Assembly (NCBI GenBank): GCA_036172245.1
Contig: JAYWIR010000039.1
Location: forward strand, 1,116,001-1,180,000
Direction of reading: 5' to 3'
DNA length: 64,000 nt
Source of the DNA: Raillietiella orientalis
Taxonomy: Eukaryota
The notes under the pieces were generated by a model. That model had not been told where the DNA came from. It did no database searches and saw nothing but the letters and a program-made list of their open reading frames with translations. The translations under genes were made by a program, and so were the position numbers. Below are positions 52,183 to 62,570 of this stretch, piece by piece. Position 1 is the stretch's first letter. Every line of letters begins with the position of its first letter.

Positions 52183-53000
52183 GTTATCTAACTCGCAGCG
52201 GTACGCTGCCCAAAGTGGAAGCCCGAGGTCACATGCTGCAATCCATTCCGCCAATCACGTTCCGGGAACGACCCATCCAATGAACTCGACATCCTCGACG
52301 CGCGGCTTAGCCTCAGACCTGACGAGAAAAGGAGAGGTGAACAAACCATACGGAATGGTGGCGTAATTTCGCGCTTGCGTAATTGCCTCCAAAGCGAGCC
52401 CCGCGCGCAGGCGTCGTCGGCTGCATTCTACGGTGGAGGGCGCGCGCGCGCGCGCGCGGCCTCCCTCCAAAATGCGGCGGCGTCTCAGCACGTTCGTGGG
52501 TGCGTGGAAAAGGCGACTCCGCCGCTCCCCCCCCCCCCCCCCCAACACACACACACACACACGTGCGCGGGCGCTGGCGCGCGCAGCAGCACCACCCCCC
52601 AACTCCGCCCCCCCCCCTCCCTCCCCAACCCTCCCCCCCACCCCCTGCTCCCCGTCCCGTCGCCGCCGGGGAGGCGGCGGCGGCGGCGGCGGCGGCGGCT
52701 CCTCGCACCACCACCACTTACAGAAAGCTCGCCGGAACCTCACCCCATCTCCCGACGTGTGCGTGCGCCACAGAAACACCTCCCGCGGGATGGATGGATG
52801 CATGCACGCTGCTGCTGGGTGTTGCCATCTGTACTTCACGCTTTCGCGACCTCGCAACCTGACGTCATACTAAGTCGTTCCTATTTGCAAAAACACACCG
52901 TCTTCGGTCCTCGCTCCTGAAGCTCTAGCCTCGCGCGCAGCAGCAAAATTCTTTCAAGGTGACTTTCAAAATAAAGAATGCTTCTTATTTAATCGTGAAG
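52183..53000 (-). promoter_or_regulatory. Candidate CpG-rich promoter of the MYND gene
   Basis: GCCAATCAC at 52250-52258, TGACGTCA at 52860-52867, (CG)n and (GGC)n runs, all directly upstream of the putative first coding exon. Confidence 0.45.
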
Positions 53001-53854
53001 TGCAGTAGGAAGTACGTCGGTGCGTTTCCGATCGCCGCAAATATGGCCGTTCGCGCGCGAAAAAGCGTAGCCCGGTGCCGAGGCGAGGACGGACGGAACG
53101 AGCTCCCCCCCCCCCCCCCGAGAAGAAGAAGAGGAGAAAAAAAAAAAAAAAAGGAAAAAAGAAAAAAGGAAAACAAGTTCTAATTACGGCGGCGGCGGCG
53201 GCGGCGAGCGGCAGGCCCACGGGCCCGAACGGGTAGTGCGGACGCTTCGGTGGCAGGCTGGAAGAAGAGAAAAAATTCGCAGTGGTTTTACAGCGACGAC
53301 GACGGTCAGCAGCAGCAGCAGCAGCAGCAGGGAAACCTCTTCTTCTTCTTCTTCTTCTTCTTCTTCCTCCTCCCTCCCTCCCTCCTCCCCGGGTTTCGCG
53401 CTTCGCCGAGACGCGCCTCCAGCCGAGCGGCGTCCGCTGGCACAACAAGCAAAAACAAGTTCTAATTACGATCGCTGCGCGCGCGCGCGGCGGCGCCAAC
53501 TGCCGGAGCTCCGCGGGCGCAGATTTGGCGAGACGTAGGTGCAGCCCGCCTCTTGCACAACGCAGCGGGGGAGCTCGAGTAATTATTTGTAGTAATTACC
53601 GTTGGCGGTGGCGCGGCGAGGGCTCCGCAGCCTCGCCGGGAGGACCGGCTCGAGCTCGTGGACGCGTACGTGGATCGCTCCTGGGAAATTGGTGGTGGTG
53701 CTCCTCCCTGCGTGCGTGCGTGCGTTCTCCGCCGAGCCATTCCGCCAAGTGTGGATCGGCCGGGATGCAGTTCCGAATCTCCTTTCACCCCCTTCTCTCT
53801 CCTTTTTTTTCCCTTCCTCTTCTTCTTCTCAGCCTTGTGTGCTTGCGTGTATGT

Positions 53855-53855
<1 letters not shown>

Positions 53856-53886
<31 letters not shown>
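53856..53886. repeat. (GT)n microsatellite
   Basis: Direct reading. Nearby (CAG)n, (CTT)n and (GGC)n tracts lie at 53187-53365. Confidence 0.9.
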
Positions 53887-53889
<3 letters not shown>

Positions 53890-56800
53890 TTTTCTTTTGG
53901 CTTGTGTGTTAACAGCAATGCCCTCCCAACATGTGTGATCGTTTTGATGGCTTCAACATGGCAGATGATTTTCACTCTTTCTGGAGAGCGTTTCTCTACG
54001 ATTCAAAACGGTTTCCCCCAAAGGATGGACTCAATTGTGCATTGCTATTCGTGTATGTGTGTGTTCTGCATGCTTATTTTGTTTTTTGTTTTTTTTTTGT
54101 ATTCTTCGTGTTTTTTTTTTTTTTTTAAACTATGTCAAGGTAAATGCTATAAAATGTCTGCTAAAGCAAGCAGCAGCGTTTTCCGCGTCACATCCGAGCT
54201 CCCGTACGATGCGAGCGTTCTTCATTGTCTCGCGAGCGTGTGGTCGGACCACTCCGCCTTCCCGGAGCCCCGGCGGGGTGGCCGCAGGAGGAGGACGGGG
54301 GCGATCCGGGAGCGGCGCGAGAATCGGGGATCCGGCATCTGGCGTTACTGCAGCCCCCGGGAGAGGCGCGTCGTCCACGCGATGAAAAGCCATCGTCGTC
54401 TAAGGAGCGGTTGCCGTGCGCGACGCGCGCAGAGCTTCCTCCTTTCCTTCTTCTTCTTATTTTTTTTTTTTCTCCTCCCCCTCTCCCCCCCTTCCCTCCC
54501 TCGTTTAATTGTGAGATGTGCCGCTTCTGCGTTGGTGGACGTCCCTGTCGAACTCTTCTCCCACGAGGAAGTCTGCTCGTTGCTTAGCGAACCGCGCGGC
54601 TGCTTCGAAGGGGAGGAGAGTGCTGCTGCTCCTGCTGCTGCAGCAGGGAAGATCGAGCGTTCCCGCCGAAGCACGCGTCGGCGGCGGTCCGTGGAGATCC
54701 GGGATGGTACCCAGGGAGCACATCGCGCGAACGGCACCTGCGAGACTGACCGACCGGGCTGTTCCTCTGCGTCCCGCCTTCGTTTTCACCCCGGAAGCCC
54801 AAAGGGCGCGGAGAGGAGAGACGTCCCTCTCCCCCTCCCCCCTCCGTGAGGGAAAGCTCGGAAGGGATCGGGGCCTCCGCGAGGCCCGCACCTCTCCGGA
54901 AAAGCAGGCACCACGCCGGGATCGGCGGGCGGCCGCCGCTGCAAGCGGGCGGAAGTTCGAAAGGGAAACAAAGATGGCCGCCGCTTCGTGCTGAAAAGGC
55001 ACGCGCGCGCTCGCCCCGGAGCCGACCCAACGGTTCTGGCGGGAGGTCCAGAGGACCTGAAGGAACGGGAGAGCGCGCGGGTCGCCTTCCAACCACAGTG
55101 GGAGAGCTGACCTTCCACCCATTCCGCAGGGTCAGCTCTTCGGCAGCGGTCAATCCGCTTCCTTTTCTTTTCTTTTTTTTTCGGAGTGGGGAGGGGGAGA
55201 TGGCGCCACGCCACGTGGTTGTTCGCTGTCCCCGGGGGTTTCCTCCACCCTCTGCGCCATGGATCCTCCTCTGGAGGGGAGACGAAAAAAGGGAGCCATC
55301 GAAAAAAGCTGCATCTCCCCGGGGAAAAAGCGGCGTTCGCCCCCGTCCCTACCCCAAAGTGGGCGGGCTGAGCAGTAGCAGCGCGCTCGCGCGCGCGCTC
55401 CGTCTCCAGAGGTCTCCGCCAGAGAGAATTTTCGGCCGATTGGCGCCCCTGGCGCGCCCGAGACAGACGGCACGGCCTCCGCTTCCCGATCGCGTGTGAC
55501 CTCGCGAGCACCAGGCGGAACCGAAGGAGGGTGCGGAGATGACGACGCCTCTGGAAGCGCCGCCGCTCCGACCGGAGGTCGGAACGAAGGTCACCCGCGT
55601 CGGCGTCGGCGATAGGGATGGCGCTCCGGTGGTCGCGCACAGCTGCAGCTCCCTCTCTCCCTCCCTCCCTTCCTTTTCCGGGAGGTCGAGCAGCTCACGG
55701 TGGGGGCGTGAAGGGGCGGAGCGGACAACGCAAGACGCGGGCATTCCTACCCAGGATGCGCCAGGCGCCGTCAGAGGTGGTGGCTCCGTTCGGCTCAGGT
55801 GATCCTGGAGTCCCTGGTCCAGCACGCATCCTCTTTCGTCCTGCCCCTCCCTTTCGCCTTCGGCCCGCGACTGCCTCCGCCGAATGCACGTGGGTTCGCC
55901 CGCCCCGCACGCGCGGGGCGTCTGCTACGTTGGATGCCTCCCGGGGAGATTCCCGCTGCGGACCGCACCCAGGGGTCGTGGGCGGCGGCAGTGACAAGGG
56001 AGCAGCACCCTTCGTACCTCCCTCCCCCGTTACCATGTGAACGAGCCCGTCCGCGCGGAAGCGGCGACTTCGCGCGGCGTTGATCGTTGAAAGCCCACGA
56101 GGCCGCGCGCGCGCCCGGTCCGTGGAGAGAAGGGTTCCGGGCGTGGTGTTCCAGACGTCCCCGGAAGGGGGGAGACGGAGATGGCGCCACCGGGAGCGGG
56201 GATTCCGCGACTTGCGCCCAGTGACCTCCGAGCCGCCGAAGGCTTCCCCAGAGCCTCCGGCCCCGCAGCGACCTTTCCCGGGGAACTTCTCAGAAAGCAT
56301 CTACAGGAAGGGGGAAGGGGACCCCGAACAAACGCACCGGACCTACTCCGCCCTCAAAGGGGCGGTTCCAACTCCCACCCCATCCCGGTGCCGGTGCCAC
56401 CGAATCAACGTCTCCCGGAAGCTGAAGCCGGCGAAGGACGGATCTGCTCTCCGTCCGTCCCACTGCACGCCTCCATCGGAGGGATGCTGCGTCTTCGCGA
56501 AAGACGCAGCAGCGTCTCGTCCTCCGCTTCCCGCTCGCCTGCCTCCCCTTCTCTCTCGCGGACCGCCGGTCTGCCCCTCGCGCGGGGTTCGGCGCCGCCG
56601 CGGTGCCTCCCCGCGCCGCGTCGCCGGTCCGCGGTCGAGGGTCGCTCTCGCTGCGGGCGATGGCAACGGCGTGGATGCGCGCGGCTCCCCTCGGGGGACG
56701 TTGGCAGGACCGGCGAGGGGAGGGAGGAATGAGGGCCGCTGGCGGCGGATGGCCGCCTGAGGCGCGGCCACCACGCGGGTCGCGGTGGCCCCAGCAGGAG

Positions 56801-56984
56801 CGGCAGAGGACCGCGCTAACGCATTCCGGGAGGCGCGCAGCAGCTCCGCGAGTCCGATCGCCACCGCACTGAGCCCGCGCGCGGTTTCGGGAGGGAGGTC
56901 ATCCGCGACAGTTCACGGAAGTCCTCGAGAAAGGCTCAGGGGGACACCGGCGCTCCCAGTAGGTGTGTGGGCGAGCGACTTCGA

Positions 56985-57245
56985 AAAGAAGGAAAGAAGG
57001 AAGGAAGCAGGGTGGTGGAGGAGAATAGGAAGAGAAGGGGAGAAAAGGGGAGGAGGAAAAGAAAAGGGAGGAGAGGAAAAGGAGGGAGGGAGAAGAGAAG
57101 GGCGGAGAGGAGAAGAGGAAGGATAAGTGGAGTAGAAGGAAGAAACGGGAGGAGGAAAACAAGAAGAGAAGGGGAGAAAAGGGGAGGAGGGAGGAGAACG
57201 AGAAGAGGTGCAGGAGAAAGAAAAGGGAGAGGAGCAGCAGGAGGA
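56985..57245 (+). repeat. Polypurine (G/A) low-complexity tract
   Basis: About 260 nt of almost exclusively G and A on plus. Confidence 0.85.
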
Positions 57246-59310
57246 TTCAGATACGCAAGTGGCCTTGGTCTCTCTTTCAGGACCTCTCGACAGCAGAGAT
57301 GCGGAGGAGCAGGCGGTCCCCGCGTTCGGCGGCGCACGCGCGCGGGAGGAGGGGAGTTTCCGTTTACCGGAAGCGCTCCTGGCGTCATCGACGCGATAGC
57401 TGTCACTGGCGGCAGCGGCGGCCACGCCAGTGGCCGGCTGCGCGCGATCTTGGAGAGCGCTTCGGGGCAACGTCCTTGTGACCACGTGTGCGCTCGAACG
57501 CAGGCAGGCGAGAGCGGGGGCTGCCGCGTTCTCGGAGCCGGAGACGGCGGCTCTCTCCAGGAGACGGTCGCCTCGCGGCAATGTCACACCCGTGCCAACC
57601 TCCGCAGCTGCGCTCCCCTTCTTCCCGCACGCGCGCGCGAGTACGGACTGTCCCTTCCTTCCCCGCGGGTTGCTCCCTGGGCGGCGGCGGCGGCGTCTTC
57701 TGCGGACGGCTCGCCGCCGGCCTTCCCTCCCGCGGAGGTGGACGGCAGGCAGTTCCGCGGCAGCCCAACCCGCTCGCTCGCATGTTCGCGCGCGGCAGCT
57801 GTGGCAGTTGCCCTCCACGTGGGCTCTCCCACGCGCGAGCCACGCGAAAGCGTAGGATGAAGCAGGCGAGCGAGAGAAAAGGGAGAGGCAAAAAGATGCC
57901 TCTCGGGCATGGGGAGCAGAGCCGCTGCTGCTGCTGCTGCATGCATCCAGCGAGATTCCCGGCAGCTGTGCAGCGGCGCTACGACCAGCACCGGCGGGAG
58001 CAATCGATACACTGTTTCGGGAAGCCGCCGGCACGCATGCGCGTGGCACCTCCTCCTCCCGTCGCTTCCCCCCGCAGAGGCACCCGGGACACGTCGGACG
58101 CGTTCGGGCCGGACGCGGGTTTTCCGTAAGTACCACGTGTCGACGATGCTTGCTTTTTTCCTCCTCGCCCACCACCCCCTTCCTTTCGATCTTCAAGGCT
58201 TTCGCAGCATGAAAAGCTCCGCTCTGCCTCCTTGGAAACCGTTTCGGAGATTCTCCGGCCTCAAACAGCCGCACATGCGTGCGTTTGAATTTTCCGTGAA
58301 ATTCGAACTGACCAATGAGAACCCGCATCCGTCCGCGAGCGAACCAACTACCAATCAGACCGTGGGCCCAGCGTAGATAAATAGGGGGGGGGGGGGAAAT
58401 ATAGCTCGCTCAAGGAAAGGCGAGATGAAAGTTGTGTGGCGGTGCCATGGAGCCACTGAAAGCAAAAAGGGAGTAGGGGAAAAAAAGAGGTAGAGGCTGC
58501 AGTGGCAGGCAGCGTTTGGAGCAAGCGGAAAGGATGAGGGCATGGAAGGGTCCTGGGGTCCGCTTCCACGTGACGCAAGTGTCCAACCACCGCCTGGGGC
58601 GCGAAACCTCGAAGAACCTCCTCCTCCTCCCCACGGGGTGCGGCGAAGAGCCACCCCAGTCCGCTCAATGCAGTGGCAGCAGCGCCTGAAGCGGTGAAAT
58701 CCGATTCGATCGGATCGTCTGTTGGCGACGCAGCACGGCGGCACTCCCTCGAAACCCCGCCGCTACCACCACCACCCCCTCCCACGAGGGGGGGCAGCCT
58801 GCAAGGACCCAACCTGGATGTATGGAGTTTGCTCTCCGGGGCTGCCGCCAGTGCAGTTCGGCGGTCAACCGCGAGATGTCCCTGGGAGAGCGAGGGGCGA
58901 CGGCTCCCGACCGGGGGCACCGGCGGCTTCACGTTATAAGGGTTTGCAAGTCTCCGAGGCGCCGCTGGGAAGCGCGAGGCGCAGGAGACGAAGAGATGCG
59001 CCCGCGCGAACCGACGACTCCCCCGCCGATCAGCGCCTCCTCCTCCTCCTCCTCCTCCCCCCCGACGGCAGCCCGGGAACCCTCCCTCGGTGCATTCCTC
59101 GGACTGCGGCACGCGTGCTGCCGCCACACACGCTCAGGCGCGCACCTCCGGAAGCTGTGCGGCATTTTCGTTTCCATTCCGTGGGGGGTGCGGGGGAGGG
59201 GGGGCTGCGCAGAAACGCACGGAACAAAAAAGGATGAAAAAAGAAGGAAAACAATAAGGCGCACGGTACACGCAGATACACATCAACAAGTGCACATACA
59301 CGCACGCTCG

Positions 59311-60330
59311 CACTTGTGAGCATGCACCTACACACGTTCTCACACGCATGTGCACGGAACGCGCGCGTCCGCATCCGCACGTGCGCGCCCGCGAAAAAGG
59401 AAAAAAAGGAAAAAATCTCGTTCTCGGTGCGGCATCCGCACAGTTGCGATCGGAGCGCCCATTTCCGGTAGCGCTTTGTTTACGCGCCTCGTCCTTCCAG
59501 CCGCTCTGCCATCTTGAGGCGGCTTCCGCAAGCTGAGAGTCCTCCGAGGAAGTGCGCGGCTCGACGGGGCCCTGGCGGAGTCGCCCGGTGGCGCGCGCCA
59601 CCCCGGGGAGCACACGGCCACTCGAGGATGCGGTCCTGACGCCATGAGACCGTCTCCTACCGCATCTTCCAGGACAGGCTCGGTCATTCGCGTGCCAGCC
59701 GGTTGGTTCTCTTCCCGGCCCTTCTGCTGGAAAGGCAAGGACCCTCGACTCCTCGCTTCCTATCCCCCTTCCTCCTGTTTCGACGTCCGTCCTGCTCGGT
59801 GCGACTTTTTACCAGCTCCCGCTCACGCCCGTGGCGTCTCTTTCGCCAGACCTCGATCGTGAGGGGTGGTCCTTTCCGACACGAAGGGCGACCGCTCTCC
59901 CTGAGGATGTTCGGCTCCAGGAGAGACCTGCACCCTCCTCCCCTCCCTCTTGCTATCCAGGAAGCTCGGTCGCTGCCGCCGCTTCCTTTCAGCCCCGTCT
60001 CTAGGAGGAGGGCGTCCCTAGTTTCCGTCCTTTCTCTGCATCCGCCGTTGCGAGACCCCATACCCCGAGGATGAAGCCGTCTTGCACCGCCTGATCCAGG
60101 AGGGGATCGCCTGACAGGATGGGGACCCCGAGACTGGGTTCTCAGCTTCCCGAATCCACCGCGAGATGGCAGAGCGGCTGGGAGGTAGCGCGGAGACAAA
60201 GCGTTGCCGGAAATCGGAGCTCCGATCGCAACTTTGTGGGTGACGCACCGAGGAACGAGATTTTTCCCTTTTTTTTTCATTTGCGCGCGCACGTGCGTGT
60301 GGGAATGTGTACGCGGGGTGGTTACAGGTG
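59311..60330. mobile_element. ~1 kb element with ~200 bp diverged inverted repeats (MITE/MULE-like, non-autonomous)
   Basis: 59311-59540 aligns to the reverse complement of 60138-60330 (ggaaaaatctcgtt, agttgcgatcggagc, atttccgg, cgctttgt, ccagccgctctgccatct, aagctgaga). No TSD or transposase seen. Confidence 0.65.
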
Positions 60331-60732
60331 GCCGCTCTTCTCGCTCCGACGAGGAGGCCAGGGTGTTCCTCTGCCCTCAAGAGGCCACGCTCGGGGCTTG
60401 TCGGGCTGTCCGAGGAACGAACGCGCGAGGCGCTGGTGGAGCCCCTGACCGGGATCGGGAGGTCAGCTGGCTTCCGGAGCTCCCTCCATCACCTGCTGCC
60501 CCTGAAGAAAGTCGCCGCGTCTTCCTCGGCCATCCATCCGATGGCAGGGGCAGGTGGCGGACGCCGGCCGTGTGACCAGGTGGTGGCAGAACGGGGGCGA
60601 GCGCAAGGCGTGAGTTGTGGAAGGAATAGAGGGCGGAGGGATGGGAGCGGGGCCGAAGAGGAATAGGGTAGGGTAGAGTAAGAGTGAAGGTGGCTGATAG
60701 GGGCGGAGGAGGACGCAAATCTTCCATCAAAA

Positions 60733-60738
60733 TTTATT
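60733..60738 (-). terminator. Polyadenylation signal of the 532 aa gene
   Basis: TTTATT on plus, within a short AT-rich patch ~235 nt downstream of the stop codon. Confidence 0.6.
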
Positions 60739-60971
60739 TATCATAAAATATCAGCTGTAAGAAAGATAACTCGGTAATAAATTTCTGCATGGAGTGGGTG
60801 TGGACTTCGGGAGCGGTGGGGAGAGACCCCATTCCGCACGGGTCGGGTGGTCCCGCGGTGCAGTTCCTGGCTCCTCCGCACCGGGCGGCACAGCGGCCAC
60901 GTCCTTTCGGCTTCTTCCTCCTACCCCTCTTCCCTCTCGTTTCTCGGGGCAACGCGGCTCTCGCCGGGGAC

Positions 60972-62570
60972 TCAGCGCGGGCGCTCGCCTCCTCCTCCTC
61001 CTCCTGCGGCTTTCGCCTGGGCGGTGGGCGCCCACAGGACAGAAGGGCGGTGCCAGGCGAGACCGCCGAAGCCACCACTCGCCGCCGGGTGGTGCCGGGT
61101 GCTCCTGGCGCGGGACGGAGGGTCGCCGCGGAGGTCGGGCGCGGCCGAGCGGCGTCGGTTGTGGTCCGGAGGGAAGAGGCAGCAGCGGAAGGGGTCGTCG
61201 TCGAAGTCATCCTTGACGCGCACCACCGCCGCCTCGTCGACGAGGTCGCCGGCGCGCGGGGTCCCGGGCCCTGGGACCGCGGGCACCTCTCCCGGGGGAC
61301 ACCTGCGTGGGAGGAGGGGTAGGTCCGGCTTGCTCTCCCCCGCGCAGGCCGCCCCGTTGCCAGGGAGGCAGCAGCGCTCGTCGTCGCACTTCGCCCCGAG
61401 GCGGCGGCTGACCACATCCTGATACAGCTTGGCTGCGGAGGCCTCGAGCAGCCGCGGCAGGTGGTCTGTGGGGCCGCAGGACAAGAGCTTCTTGACCTCG
61501 AAGCTGGGCAGGTAAATGTACGTGGAGTCCACGAGCCGTCCGGGGTCCGCCCTGACCTCCCTCATATAAGCCCCCTGGCTCAGGACCAGCCTGGTGAACT
61601 CCACAGCTGGGTCAGAGAAGAGGGCGTGAATACCGGACGCCGGGATGAGGAGGTAAGGCGGGATGGGCAGGTGGGCGCTACCGCCCACGGCCGAGGAGAT
61701 CTTCTCCCGCTCGGAGGGGGAGAACCGCCCGGGGCCGTTGACGTGGCACTGCTGGGCGATCCGCCTCTTCAGGCTGTACCAGGGATCAGGGGAGGAGGAA
61801 GGCTGGCCGTCGCCGTCGCCAGGCGGCTCCTCCCGCTGCGCCCCGGGGCAGGGGGCCAGGTGGCGGCGGCGCGGCTCCTCCGCATCGTCCTCCTGCTTGA
61901 CCGCCCTCGCCTTCCTCCTCGACTCGCAGCGTTTCTTGCGGGCGGCCGCGGACGTGCTCGACAGGTCCAGGGGCAGCAGTGGCTCGCGCTCGTTCTCCTC
62001 CGCAAAGGTCGGGGTCGCGCGCCCAGCGACCTCGCTTCCCCGCGCTTCGTCGTCGCCGGAATCGCCTCCCGCGCAGCCGCAGACTTCCTCGGGCAGGACG
62101 TGCAGGTTCTCTAGGGCGTCGTCGTCTTGCGTCTGGGACGCTGCGTCCCTCACCAGGGCGCCTCCGATCGGGGGATCCTCCGGAGCCGGCGAAGGTCCGC
62201 CTATCGCCCCGGACGCCACCAGCCTGCTAGTCCAACCGCTGGACGTCCGGATGAACTTCATCCGGTTGCAGACGTGGAAGTCCTCGCACGTGACCTCGGT
62301 GATCACCGTGCCATCCACTACGGCTCTCAGCCGAATGGGTTTCTCTGCTTCCCCGGGCTGCTGCGGCTGCTGCTGCTGGTGGCGGCGATGTTGATGGCGG
62401 TGCCGATGATGCAGCAGACGCGGTCGCGGCCGCCCGCTGAGCTTCTCAGTGAGAGGAAGCCGCGAAGGCCGCCGCCTCCGGCAAGATCTCTGCCTCCCTC
62501 CGGTGTCTCCGAGTTCCTTTGCATCGGCCCTCAGCCTGATGTGAAGCTTCAGCCCCCGACTCGCGTCCAT
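60972..62570 (-). CDS. 532 aa protein of unknown family; carries PLDLS (CtBP-type), VKQE (SUMO consensus) and DAASQT (LC8-type) motifs
   Basis: ATG-initiated ORF with protein-like ordered blocks (IRLRAVVDGTVITEVTCEDFHVCNRMKFIRTSSGW; LPIPPYLLIP...STYIYLPSFEVKKLL). A strong acceptor (ctttccctgcag|) lies at 62619 with an in-frame TGA between it and the ATG, consistent with a 5'UTR intron. AATAAA at 60733-60738. Confidence 0.75.
   Translation of the reverse strand: MDASRGLKLHIRLRADAKELGDTGGRQRSCRRRRPSRLPLTEKLSGRPRPRLLHHRHRHQHRRHQQQQPQQPGEAEKPIRLRAVVDGTVITEVTCEDFHVCNRMKFIRTSSGWTSRLVASGAIGGPSPAPEDPPIGGALVRDAASQTQDDDALENLHVLPEEVCGCAGGDSGDDEARGSEVAGRATPTFAEENEREPLLPLDLSSTSAAARKKRCESRRKARAVKQEDDAEEPRRRHLAPCPGAQREEPPGDGDGQPSSSPDPWYSLKRRIAQQCHVNGPGRFSPSEREKISSAVGGSAHLPIPPYLLIPASGIHALFSDPAVEFTRLVLSQGAYMREVRADPGRLVDSTYIYLPSFEVKKLLSCGPTDHLPRLLEASAAKLYQDVVSRRLGAKCDDERCCLPGNGAACAGESKPDLPLLPRRCPPGEVPAVPGPGTPRAGDLVDEAAVVRVKDDFDDDPFRCCLFPPDHNRRRSAAPDLRGDPPSRARSTRHHPAASGGFGGLAWHRPSVLWAPTAQAKAAGGGGGGERPR

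Noticed and set aside
52255..58328. Long ORFs such as 53602..54849 and 56913..58328
   Set aside because: They run through microsatellites and homopolymers, have Arg/Pro/Ala/Ser-biased translations in all frames, and show no domain or consistent splice structure.
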